Origin: Myxococcota bacterium
Lineage (GTDB): Bacteria; Myxococcota; JACRCW01
Direction of reading: 5' to 3'
Assembly (NCBI GenBank): GCA_040752415.1
Contig: JBFMGU010000083.1
Location: 1 to 39,186 of the forward strand
Length of the DNA: 39,186 bases
The translations under genes were made by a program, and so were the position numbers. The notes beneath the pieces were generated by a model. That model did not search any database. It saw only the letters and a list, made by a program, of their open reading frames with translations, and was not told the DNA's origin. Positions 20,118-29,275 of this stretch are shown here, piece by piece. How positions within the stretch are numbered: position 1 is the stretch's first letter; the number at the start of each line of letters is the position of its first letter.

Positions 20118-21572
20118 TCAACCCACGATCACGTCTTCACGCGCGGGCCGGTAATCCCTCAGGGCGCCACTGGTCCGCAGGGAGATGGCGGCAAAGAAGG
20201 AGAGCAGTCCCACGCGCCCCACGAACATCAAGCCGATGACCACCAGCTTGCCCGGGTTGGTGAGCCGCGGCGTTTCATCCATGGACAAGCCCACAGTGCA
20301 GAACGCGCTCACCGCCTCGAACACCAGCGGCAGGAACTCCGCGCGCGACGACGCCACGTCCTGTCCCCGGGATTCCGTGAAGCTCAGGATGAACGCAGCC
20401 GCGGCCATCAACGTGAACGCCATCAACGCCACGCTGACCGTGCGCTCCAGGGTTCCCGGCGGAATGGCGCGGTCATGCAGCTGCACGTACCGGCGCCCCT
20501 TGACGCGCGCGACCGCCAGCGCCGCCAGCACCGCCACCGCGGTGGTCTTGATGCCTCCCGCCGTCGATCCCGGTGCGCCTCCCGCGACCATGAGCAGGAT
20601 GGTGAGCGCGGCGCTGGCATTGCTGACCTGCACATAGGGAACGCTGTTGAAGCCCGCGGTGCGCGCGGTGACGGACATGAACCAGGCGTTCACCACGCGG
20701 TCCAGCGTTCCCATCGTCGCCAGGACGCCGGTCCACTCGAACACGAGGAACAAGAGCATGCCCGACGTCAACAGCACCACGGTCATGAGCAACACGGTGT
20801 GCGTCTGCGACGACAGCCGCCGCGGTCCCATGCGTCCACCGTGGCGCAGCCAGCGCAGGGCCTCTTCACCCGAGAGGTAGCCAATGCCGCCCAGGATGAT
20901 GAGGCCACTGATGGTGAGCAGGACCCCAGGCCGCGCCGCGTGTGAAACCATCGACGTGCTGAACGTGGAGAACCCCGCGTTGCAGAACGCGCTGATGGCG
21001 TGGAAGACCGCGTGCCAACCGGCCTCCAGCGGCGGAAATTCCTCCATCCACTGGACCCAGAGCACCACCGCGCCCGCGCCCTCCATCATCAACGTGGTGC
21101 GCGCGATGGCCCACGTCAGCGACGTCACGCTGCGTGAGCCGCGGAGCTCCACCGTCACGCTGCCGATGATCTCGCTGCGCAGGGAGAGGCGCCGGCCCAA
21201 CGCGGCAATGACCAGCGTGGTCAGCGTGATGAGGCCCAACCCGCCCACCTGGATGCAGCACAGCAGCCAGAGCTGGCCCCAGAAGGTGAGCCTGGTGGTG
21301 ATGTCAATGACGGTGAGGCCCGTGACGCACACCGCGCTGGTGATGGTGAACAACGCGTCCAGCGTCGAGAGCGGCTGTCCGGCATACATGCCCGGCAGGA
21401 ACATGAGGCCCGTGGTGCCCGTGGCAATGAGCACCACAAAGCTCAGCACCAGCAGCCGCGTGGGATCGAGGCCATGCCACCACAGCTGGACGCCGCGCAG
21501 CCCACGCTTGAGGACGATCATGGGGACGTGGCCACCGGAAGGGACCGCACGTCTTTCAACCTGCGGGTGCAT
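20118..21572 (-). CDS. ktrB: Trk/Ktr K+ uptake membrane subunit, KtrB/TrkH-like
   Basis: Four pore-loop glycine motifs (SAVCVTGL, SAFCNAGF, RTAGF, SAFCTVGL) plus GSTAGGIK and MFVGRVG. Start 21572 or 21521. Confidence 0.9.
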   Translation of the reverse strand: MHPQVERRAVPSGGHVPMIVLKRGLRGVQLWWHGLDPTRLLVLSFVVLIATGTTGLMFLPGMYAGQPLSTLDALFTITSAVCVTGLTVIDITTRLTFWGQLWLLCCIQVGGLGLITLTTLVIAALGRRLSLRSEIIGSVTVELRGSRSVTSLTWAIARTTLMMEGAGAVVLWVQWMEEFPPLEAGWHAVFHAISAFCNAGFSTFSTSMVSHAARPGVLLTISGLIILGGIGYLSGEEALRWLRHGGRMGPRRLSSQTHTVLLMTVVLLTSGMLLFLVFEWTGVLATMGTLDRVVNAWFMSVTARTAGFNSVPYVQVSNASAALTILLMVAGGAPGSTAGGIKTTAVAVLAALAVARVKGRRYVQLHDRAIPPGTLERTVSVALMAFTLMAAAAFILSFTESRGQDVASSRAEFLPLVFEAVSAFCTVGLSMDETPRLTNPGKLVVIGLMFVGRVGLLSFFAAISLRTSGALRDYRPAREDVIVG

Positions 21573-21741
21573 TCACCATCCCCTGGGCAGCGCGAATTTC
21601 CTCCGCCCATGCGGACGTGCGCTGTTCAGCGTCGGGAGCGGCCTGGGTGGCCAGATCGCTCCACCGTTTGCGGACGCGCGCCGGGTCCACGAATGGCTGT
21701 AACGACGACGCCACGCGCGCGCTCGGACGTTGCGAGTGCGA

Positions 21742-23052
21742 ATGGAAACCGCCCTGTCACCCCAAGAGCTCAGGGAAGTCTGGTCATTGCTGGACCCGGC
21801 CGAGCGGGTGGAGGGATTCCAGCTCATTCCGGTGTCCGAGGCGGATGACTTCTTCCTGACCCTCACGCCTCGTGAGCAGTCGGACCTGTTGCTGGCCCTG
21901 CCGCCCACGCAGCGTCGAACCTGGGTGCGCCTGCTGCCTCCCGACGACGCCGCGGACATGGTCCAGGAGCTGCCGATGGAGGAACGGGAAGGTGTCCTGG
22001 CGTTGATGGACAACGTCACCCGACGGGAGGTGCAGGCATTGATGGCCTACGCGGAGGATGCGGCGGGCGGCCTGATGAATCCCCGCTTCGCACGCGTGCG
22101 TCCGGACATGACCGTGGACGAGGCCATCAGCTACCTGCGCAAGCAGACGCGTGAGCGGGTGGAGGTCATCTACTACGCGTATGTGCTGGACGCGCAGCAG
22201 CGCCTGTTGGGCGTGGTCTCCTTCCGCGACCTCTTCCAGGCGCAACCGCGCATGCTCGTGCGTGAGGTGATGCACACCGACGTCATCTCCGTCCTGGAGG
22301 ACATGGACCAGGAGGCCGTCAGCCGCACATTCACCCGCTCCGGGCTCATGGCCATCCCCGTCGTCGACGCCGAGGGACGGATGAAGGGCATTGTCACCGT
22401 GGATGACATCGTGGACGTGGTGCAGGAGGAGGCCACGGAGGACATCCAGAAGGCGGGCGGCACGGAGGCGTTGGAGGCGCCCTACTTCGAGACCCAGCTG
22501 TTCCAGATGCTGCGCAAGCGAGGCGTGTGGCTCCTGGTGCTGTTCCTCGGCGAGATGCTCACCGCCACCGCCATGGGCTTCTTCGAGCACGAGATTGCGC
22601 GCGCGGTGGTGTTGGCGCTGTTCATCCCGCTCATCATCTCCAGCGGCGGCAATTCCGGCTCGCAGGCGTCCACGCTGGTCATCCGCGCCATGGCCCTGGG
22701 AGAGGTCACGTTGCGACAATGGTCGCTGGTGCTCCGTCGGGAGCTGGCGGTGGGACTGGCGCTGGGATGCCTGCTGGGCCTGGTGGGGCTGGGGCGGATT
22801 GTCCTGTGGGAGAGCGTGTTCCACAGCATTGGCGAGCACTACCTGCAGGTAGGCCTGAGCGTGGCGGTGAGCCTGGTGGGCGTGGTGATGTGCGGCACGC
22901 TCTGCGGCTCCATGCTGCCGTTCATCCTGCGCCGCGTGGGCTTTGACCCGGCCAGCGCGTCGGCGCCCTTCGTGGCCACGCTCGTCGACGTCATGGGCCT
23001 GCTCATCTACTTCACCGCGGCCAGCATCTTCCTCGGCGGCGTGTTGTTGTGA
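21742..23052 (+). CDS. mgtE: magnesium transporter MgtE
   Basis: DDAAD, AGGLMN, CBS pair, GIVTVDD, SSGGNSGSQ and DPASASAPFVATLVDV. Confidence 0.96.
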   Translation: METALSPQELREVWSLLDPAERVEGFQLIPVSEADDFFLTLTPREQSDLLLALPPTQRRTWVRLLPPDDAADMVQELPMEEREGVLALMDNVTRREVQALMAYAEDAAGGLMNPRFARVRPDMTVDEAISYLRKQTRERVEVIYYAYVLDAQQRLLGVVSFRDLFQAQPRMLVREVMHTDVISVLEDMDQEAVSRTFTRSGLMAIPVVDAEGRMKGIVTVDDIVDVVQEEATEDIQKAGGTEALEAPYFETQLFQMLRKRGVWLLVLFLGEMLTATAMGFFEHEIARAVVLALFIPLIISSGGNSGSQASTLVIRAMALGEVTLRQWSLVLRRELAVGLALGCLLGLVGLGRIVLWESVFHSIGEHYLQVGLSVAVSLVGVVMCGTLCGSMLPFILRRVGFDPASASAPFVATLVDVMGLLIYFTAASIFLGGVLL

Positions 23053-23053
23053 C

Positions 23054-24172
23054 TCATGGCGCCCTGCGCGCGGCGCACAGCCGGTCGCCCGCGGGCGCAT
23101 CCTGGCAACGGGCCTGGAGCCAACGGTCCGCGAAGAGCTCGTGCCCCACGTCGTTGAGATGCAGGTCGCCGTCCACGTAGTACCGACGCGCCCGCTCCCA
23201 ACCCTCCACCGCCACCGTCGAGAAATACTCCACCAGGGGCACACCACGCGCGGCAGCGAACTCCTCCCAGAACCGGCGCTGCAGCGGCTCCACCTCGCCC
23301 TTCACCACCTGCTGCGGCCAGGGATACACCGCCATGGAGACGCGGATGTTGTGCGCCCGACACAGCGCCAGCAGCTCATCCATGTGCCGCGCCCCAAGCT
23401 CCAGGCCACGACGAGCCCAGCGGTCGATCAGGTCCGGCCGTGACGTCCACATGGCACGCTCACGCTCGAACTCATCCAGCGTCTTCCATTCCACCACGCT
23501 GCCGTCGGAGGCGGTGCCCCGTCGGTGGAGCGTGCCGGTGGCGGGCATGGGCACCAGGCGCCGGAAGGAGAGCGAATGCCGCGCCATCCAGCGCACCGCG
23601 TCCTGCGACCACGGCGCCGCGTTCCCCGGCACCCAGCTCTCGTAGATGATCTCGTCCTGCGGGTCGGAGACGTCCAGGAAGACCACCAGCTCCTGGAAGC
23701 GCAACCCCACCTGCTCGACGAGCTTGCGCACCTTCAGCTTCATCAGCCGGGGCGAATACGACGACACCGCCGCGTTCAGCACCTCCACCTTCGTGTCGTC
23801 GAGACGGCTGGCCACGCGTCCCACGAAGGTCTGCTCGAACGGATAACCCACGCCCTCCGTGAAGGAATCCCCGATGAAGACCACGCGCCAGCGGTCCGTG
23901 GTGAGCGGCACCTCCCGCGCGCGCGAATCCTTGAAGCCCAGCGAGTTGGTGGTGAGCCAGTAGGTGAGCGGTCCCCACTGGTGCTCGGTCTCCACGTTGG
24001 GCGCCAGCCCGTGGTGGTAGTCCTGGTCCGGCACCGCCACCAGGTTTCCGACGGTGTACGTGCCCAGCATCAGGTCAAACACCAGCAGCGTGAGCAGCGT
24101 GGCCAGCACCATTCCCAGCACGGGGTGGCGCTCGCCCCAGGTGCGGCGTGGGGGCGCGGTGGGCTCAGTCAC
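23054..24172 (-). CDS. membrane-anchored SGNH/GDSL hydrolase (putative polysaccharide O-acetylesterase/transferase)
   Basis: N-terminal TM helix; TNSLGF, block I IGDSFTEG, NAAVSSYSP and C-terminal DLHLN..GH. Start uncertain (24196 TTG or 24172 GTG). Confidence 0.8.
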   Translation of the reverse strand: MTEPTAPPRRTWGERHPVLGMVLATLLTLLVFDLMLGTYTVGNLVAVPDQDYHHGLAPNVETEHQWGPLTYWLTTNSLGFKDSRAREVPLTTDRWRVVFIGDSFTEGVGYPFEQTFVGRVASRLDDTKVEVLNAAVSSYSPRLMKLKVRKLVEQVGLRFQELVVFLDVSDPQDEIIYESWVPGNAAPWSQDAVRWMARHSLSFRRLVPMPATGTLHRRGTASDGSVVEWKTLDEFERERAMWTSRPDLIDRWARRGLELGARHMDELLALCRAHNIRVSMAVYPWPQQVVKGEVEPLQRRFWEEFAAARGVPLVEYFSTVAVEGWERARRYYVDGDLHLNDVGHELFADRWLQARCQDAPAGDRLCAARRAP

Positions 24173-24263
24173 CGTGACACCATGTTGGGGAGGCAACCTT
24201 TGTCGTCGTCATCGCGGACGACATTAGCCAGCGTTCCCTCGCGGTGTCACGAACGTTTCCTGC

Positions 24264-25094
24264 TCACGGGCGCAGGGAGCGACGGTCCCGGCCCACGGCA
24301 AAGCCGGCAAAGTCGACGTGGGTGTCCACGGGTGTGGCCCAGGTCTCGTCCTGCCCGCCGAAGAAGGTGGAGAACAGGATGCCTTCGATCTTCAGCTCGC
24401 CCGTCGTGCGGAAGCTCAGTCCACCACGTTCCAGCACCAGCTTGTCGTCGACCCAGACGCGCACCCGGCCATCCGCGCGCCCCGGCGTGTTGAGCACCAG
24501 CTCCTGCTCCACCACGTGCCACCGGCCCGGGATGAACCGCCACGCGCCCCGTCCCAGCGAGGTTCCGTGCTCCCGACTCGTGGGCAGGTACGCGTACACC
24601 TCGCCGTCACCCTGCGTGCGCCACATGAGACGCGTGGAGAACCCGTTGGTGCCGTCGGGGATGCGGCGGCCATTGTTCACGGTGCCACCGTAGAGGCCGG
24701 GAAGCTTGCCCCCCTTGACGAAGTTGAATCCCGAGGGAAAACGCACCGCGTAGCGCAGGTAGCGCGCGTCCGACGGCGGCAGGCCCAGGTCCGCGTAGAA
24801 CTGCGCGCCCCCCCGCACCCGCCCCTGCTCACGCGAGAGCGTGGGGCTGCCCGAGCCGCGCGGATAGCGGACCCGCAGCACCGACGGGAATCTCCCCGTG
24901 TCATCCGCGGCCAGCTCGGTGTTCTCCAGGCCCCAGTGCCCCCTGGGTCGCAATCCCCACGCGCGCAGCCAGTCACCCTGGAAGGTGCCGGTCCAGCGCG
25001 GGCTCGTCGTGGAAAGCGCCTTGGCGTCCGTGCCGGCCCACGCGCCGGCGGCAAGAAGCACCACGAGCAGCAGGGTCCACAGCACGCGCGTCAT
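24264..25094 (-). CDS. secreted polysaccharide lyase, PL14-like
   Basis: Signal peptide; YP.GS, F.FVKGGKLPGLYGG, GFSTRLMWR, E.Y.Y and FSTFFGG motifs typical of PL14 lyases. The start overlaps the upstream stop (ATGA). Confidence 0.85.
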   Translation of the reverse strand: MTRVLWTLLLVVLLAAGAWAGTDAKALSTTSPRWTGTFQGDWLRAWGLRPRGHWGLENTELAADDTGRFPSVLRVRYPRGSGSPTLSREQGRVRGGAQFYADLGLPPSDARYLRYAVRFPSGFNFVKGGKLPGLYGGTVNNGRRIPDGTNGFSTRLMWRTQGDGEVYAYLPTSREHGTSLGRGAWRFIPGRWHVVEQELVLNTPGRADGRVRVWVDDKLVLERGGLSFRTTGELKIEGILFSTFFGGQDETWATPVDTHVDFAGFAVGRDRRSLRP

Positions 25095-26734
25095 GGCTTG
25101 GTACCGGCTTTTGTCGTCGTGACCGGGTCCTCGATTGCCAGTCCCAGGAAGATCTTCACCGCGCGCAGGAACGCGGGATGCTTGGGCATGCTCACCAGCG
25201 CGGGCAGGCCACCGCGCAGCTCCCTGACCATCTCCGGCGTCAGCTCATCAAACGCCAGCTGCACCGTGGCGGTGCGCTCCGAGGTTCCGCGCCCGGCGTA
25301 TCGGACGTCGTCACCCAGGCCCGCGCGCACCTCCGGGACAAACCCCGCGGTGCGGTCAATGCGCGTCACCGACGCCGTGAACTGACGGTCCAGCGCGGGA
25401 ATCCACACCGTGGCCTGGTGCCCCAGCGTGATCACCGCCACCTCGTCCTGCGTGAGGAACGCGTCAATGACCGGCATGGCCACCTTGGGCTCCACAATGG
25501 CCACCGTCTCACCGCGGTTCACCGTCATGCCCACCACCTTGCCCATGCGGAGGACCTTGCCGTTGGTGGGGGCGCGGTACGTGAGACGGTCCACGCGCTC
25601 TTCCGCCAGCTTGAGCTGCGCCTCCGCGAGCTTGACCCTTTCCCGCGCGTCCTCCTGGGAGACCGCCTGGCTCTGCAGGTCCCCCACCAGCGTCCGCTCG
25701 TCGTAGAAGGCGCCGTTGCGCACGGCCACCTGCGCGCTCTCCGCAATGCGCTGCTCCGCCCGCGCCTGCGCCAACGCGCCCTGCACCTCCGCCAGTCGTG
25801 ACTCCGCCTGCTCCACCATCTGCTCACTGACGGCGCCACCGGACTGCAGCGCGCGCAGACGACGCAGCTGCCCTTCCGCGGCGGTCTTGCGCGCGGACAA
25901 CGACGCCACCAGCTCACGCGCGGCCGCCAGCTTGTTGCGGGAAATGTCCTTGTAGACCTTGAGCTTCTGCTCCTCGTTGCGCAGGCGCAGGCCCGCGGTG
26001 CGCAGCTCCGCCCGCGCGCGGTCCAGGTTGAGGCGGGCGGTGTTGAGCTCCTGTGTCAGCACGTCATCCTCGATGCGCAGCAGCGGCTGTCCCGTCGTCA
26101 CGGCGTCGCCTTCATGGACCATCACCTCGCGCACGCGTCCCAGGTCCTGGCTGATGACGGGATGCAGCGGGACGGTGATCACGGCGTGATCCACGTCGAG
26201 ACGGAAGGTGTGCCAGTACAGCATCAGCAGCAGGTAGAGGCCCAGCGCCGTCCCGGAAAGGATGTAGAAGACGGAGTACACCACGCGCTTGATCTTCAGC
26301 CTGGCGGGAGGAAGCGGCGCGGCCTCGTGGGCCTTGGGCGACGTCGACACCGGCGTCACCGGGATGTCCATGCGCGCCAGCGTGTCTCCCACCGGCGACA
26401 TCTCGCCGCTCGTGAGGCTGGAGGCAAAATGCAGCATGAGCTCGCGCTCGCGGTCGCCCAGCTCGATGAAGCGCGCCGCCAGCGTGCCATTGGCCTCCAG
26501 CCGCACCACCTCCACCTCCACCTGGAAGCCCAACGAGAAGCCGTGGAAGTTCAGACCGAATTGCGCGGGGACCCTCTCCCCCACCACCGCCTCCCCCTTG
26601 AAGTCATCAATGCGGAAGCCGCCCAGGCTCCAATCCTTGGTGGGGTACGGCACGTCCTTCACCACCGCCACCGCTGGCGAGGTGAGACGGAAGAACCTCC
26701 GTTGTGATGGTGGCTCTCTCTTGATGGTGAGCAT
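25091..26734 (-). CDS. alg44: Alg44-like c-di-GMP-binding co-polymerase (PilZ, TM, HlyD/membrane-fusion domain)
   Basis: PilZ motifs QRRFFR (RxxxR) and DWSLGG (DxSxxG); a single TM; lipoyl-hybrid VHEGDAV..GQPL, coiled coil and YRAP.NG.V; this is the Alg44 domain order. Confidence 0.75.
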   Translation of the reverse strand: MLTIKREPPSQRRFFRLTSPAVAVVKDVPYPTKDWSLGGFRIDDFKGEAVVGERVPAQFGLNFHGFSLGFQVEVEVVRLEANGTLAARFIELGDRERELMLHFASSLTSGEMSPVGDTLARMDIPVTPVSTSPKAHEAAPLPPARLKIKRVVYSVFYILSGTALGLYLLLMLYWHTFRLDVDHAVITVPLHPVISQDLGRVREVMVHEGDAVTTGQPLLRIEDDVLTQELNTARLNLDRARAELRTAGLRLRNEEQKLKVYKDISRNKLAAARELVASLSARKTAAEGQLRRLRALQSGGAVSEQMVEQAESRLAEVQGALAQARAEQRIAESAQVAVRNGAFYDERTLVGDLQSQAVSQEDARERVKLAEAQLKLAEERVDRLTYRAPTNGKVLRMGKVVGMTVNRGETVAIVEPKVAMPVIDAFLTQDEVAVITLGHQATVWIPALDRQFTASVTRIDRTAGFVPEVRAGLGDDVRYAGRGTSERTATVQLAFDELTPEMVRELRGGLPALVSMPKHPAFLRAVKIFLGLAIEDPVTTTKAGTKP

Positions 26735-27061
26735 TCACCGGTCTCCTGTGAAACCTCTTCAGGCCATCGGCATGGGCGACGGGAGAAAGCGCGCGCTGCC
26801 TCCAAGAGGCAACTTCTGCCTGGAAGCGGGAACGTTCACGACGACCCTGGGTGCGTCCGGCGGAGCGGCGTGGGAGCTCCGCAGCGTGGACCGGCACTCT
26901 CCGCGGGTGTCCGTTTGGTCAGGATTGGGGAGCGGCCTGCCAGCGGAAACGCTCGCCGCGCGCCGAAATCTCTGTTGGCATTGATAACCGCTGACGGCGT
27001 CTCACGCACAGGCGCGCGTGCTCGCCCCGTGACGTGGGAGCGTACTCGTGGCGCGTTGTGC

Positions 27062-27311
27062 ATGACCATCACGGACAACGAGGTCAACGACAATGACCTT
27101 CCCCGGCCTGGCCCCCCACGACGAACCCGACGGGCTGACGATCCTGCGCAACCACGTCCACCACAACGGCAACCACGGGATCATCTGCTCCGAGCGCTGC
27201 GACCACGTGCACATCCGGGACAACCACTCCCATCACAACCTGGAGAATGGCATCACGCTGCACCGGCTGGTCACGGACCCGGAGTGGACACGCCCACCGG
27301 TTACGTCGTGA
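27062..27311 (+). pseudogene. frameshifted fragment of a right-handed beta-helix protein resembling AlgG mannuronan C5-epimerase
   Basis: ITDNEVNDND (frame of 27062) continues after a 1-nt shift near 27098 as FPGLAPHDEPDGLTILRNHVHHNGNHGIICSERCDHVHIRDNHSHHNLENGITLH, resembling the AlgG YG.DPHD...HGII.S region. Confidence 0.6.
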
Positions 27312-27427
27312 CGCGGCAACCGTGATTGGCGATGTGACGGGCCTGCGAGCGGCACGGGTGACCGACGACAGCGCGCGCGAGCCCTGGAGTGCGCGTGCGA
27401 GCGCCATCACGTCGACCTCCGTCAACC

Positions 27428-27530
27428 GGGCGCGAAGCACCGCCCTGGATCAGCTCCACCCGTTCGCCATGGGACCGCGACGCAGGGGAGTCCACCGACT
27501 CGCACCGATCCAGGGCGGTGCTTCGCGCCC
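27428..27530. repeat. perfect 24-bp inverted repeat around a 55-nt spacer (MITE/REP-like)
   Basis: GGGCGCGAAGCACCGCCCTGGATC at 27428-27451 and its exact reverse complement at 27507-27530. Confidence 0.9.
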
Positions 27531-27667
27531 CCGCTTCGCCGTGCGGCAGGGTTGGGCGCTCGCACGCGCACTCCAGGGCTCGCGCGTCGTCGTCGTTCAC
27601 CGTCGCGCTCGCGGGACGGAGTCGTCCGTGCACGTTGCGCGGAGAAACCCGTGCTACCATCCCGGGC

Positions 27668-28543
27668 ATGCTGCTGGCCGTGACGCTGGGCGCGGTGATG
27701 ACGCTGGCGAGCCCCATGGGAGATTGCCCTCCCGCGGCAGAAGCGTGGGCCCTTGCGGAGCGCGCATTCCGCGAGTCGGGCGTCCGCGACGATGCGAAGG
27801 AAGAGGAGGAGGACGTCTCGGACCCGCGCGAGCGGCGCACCAACCGACGTGGGATGCGCGGCGCCGCACGGAGCCTGGGGGCGGAGACGCTCCTTGCATT
27901 GGCGGCCTGGACGGGCGCGGGGTTCGCCAACCTGGTGGGATGGTCCGCGGTGTGCGCGGGGTGCTCCTCGCTCGCTGCCATCACTTCCGCCGCCACGGGC
28001 GTGACCGCGGGATGGTACTGGCTCTTCGTGGGCTGTTACGGGCTGCCCGTGGCCGTGGCCATGCTCGTGGGATTCGCACTGGTTCCCCTGGTGCCCGCGG
28101 TGGTTGCGCCGTTGATCGTGATGTCGTCGCAGAAACGCCGGACCACCCTCGTGGCGCTCGTGGCTTCGGCCCTGGTGTGGTGGGCGTACCTGGTCCCCGG
28201 CAGCCTCATGATGATCCTCGCGTACGCATCCGCGGGCATGCTGTTGCAGCTCGTGGGCTGTTGCATCAGCTCGCGCACCACGCCCTCTCCGACGGGCGTA
28301 CCGGTGATCACGCAGCCCACGCTGGTGGACCAATGGTCCGCATTGTTGGCCGCGCCCCTGATGGTGGGCTCCTTGTGGACCCTGGGCATCCTGCAGATGG
28401 CCACCGTCATGGACACGTACCTGGCCATCCGTTGGCTGGGCCTGGCGCGCAAGCTGCTCGGGGTGGAGGTGGAGGAGGCTCCTCCCGCAGCCCAGGAGAG
28501 CACGGAGGACGCGTCCGTCTTCCTCCCGGAGGATGACCTCTGA
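27668..28543 (+). CDS. hypothetical multi-pass membrane protein
   Basis: Signal-like N terminus from ATG 27668, several hydrophobic Cys-containing helices and an acidic tail; GC3-rich codons. Confidence 0.6.
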   Translation: MLLAVTLGAVMTLASPMGDCPPAAEAWALAERAFRESGVRDDAKEEEEDVSDPRERRTNRRGMRGAARSLGAETLLALAAWTGAGFANLVGWSAVCAGCSSLAAITSAATGVTAGWYWLFVGCYGLPVAVAMLVGFALVPLVPAVVAPLIVMSSQKRRTTLVALVASALVWWAYLVPGSLMMILAYASAGMLLQLVGCCISSRTTPSPTGVPVITQPTLVDQWSALLAAPLMVGSLWTLGILQMATVMDTYLAIRWLGLARKLLGVEVEEAPPAAQESTEDASVFLPEDDL

Positions 28544-28629
28544 GGCGCCGCGCCCGGGATCTGCGAGCTCCAGATCTGCTGCAAATCCGGGCATTTCCAT
28601 CACGCGCGCGAGATCTTTCCAGCCCGCCG

Positions 28630-28657
28630 GGAACCTTTCGCTTCGCGCTCCGTGTTA
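28630..28657 (+). promoter_or_regulatory. putative ECF sigma (auto-regulated) promoter
   Basis: GGAACC (28630-28635), 16 nt, then GTGTTA, about 50 nt upstream of the ECF sigma ATG. Confidence 0.5.
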
Positions 28658-28705
28658 CGGGGTGTGAACGCAACGGCCCTCACCCAGCGCGGCCCGGAGC
28701 ACCGG

Positions 28706-29275
28706 ATGCCCCACCCGCCTGAGCTTGATGACCTCACGCTCGCGCGTGCGCGTCGGGGTGATGCGGGGGCCTCGCGCGCGTTGGTGGAGCGCTACCAACG
28801 TCCTGTCTTTGCGTTGCTGCACCGCATGCTGCCCACGGCGTCGGCGGCGTTGGTGGAGGACCTGGCGCAGGAGACCTTCCTGAAGGTGTTCCGCGCGCTC
28901 CCGGAGTTCCGTCCCGACGGGCCCGCGCGTCTCTCCACCTGGATTCTCACCGTGGCATCCCGCCTGGCCATTGATGAGCTCCGTCGACGACCCCACCCCA
29001 CGGTGCCTCTGGAGGAGGCGTCCCACGTTGTCACGGAGCGGACCGCGGATGAGACCACACGAAGACGACTGCTGGCACGGACGGTGGAAGGCGCGGTGGC
29101 GGCGCTGCCCGCGGAGTACCGCGTGACGTTCCTGCTGCGCACCCATCACGACCTTTCCTACGAAGAGATCGCGGCGGCGCTCGGCGTCGACGTGGGCACG
29201 GTGAAGTCACGTCTGTCCCGTGCCAAGGCCGCGCTGCGCCAGGCGCTGGTGGAGGTGCATCATGAAGAAGCCTGA
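28706..29275 (+). CDS. ECF RNA polymerase sigma-70 factor
   Basis: GD......LVERYQ, EDLAQETFLKV, STWIL, region 4 LSYEEIA..LG...GTVKSRLSRA. Confidence 0.95.
   Translation: MPHPPELDDLTLARARRGDAGASRALVERYQRPVFALLHRMLPTASAALVEDLAQETFLKVFRALPEFRPDGPARLSTWILTVASRLAIDELRRRPHPTVPLEEASHVVTERTADETTRRRLLARTVEGAVAALPAEYRVTFLLRTHHDLSYEEIAAALGVDVGTVKSRLSRAKAALRQALVEVHHEEA

Noticed and set aside
23054..24172. Naming the SGNH gene algX or algJ
   Set aside because: Catalytic motif order is canonical SGNH, not the permuted AlgX/AlgJ order.
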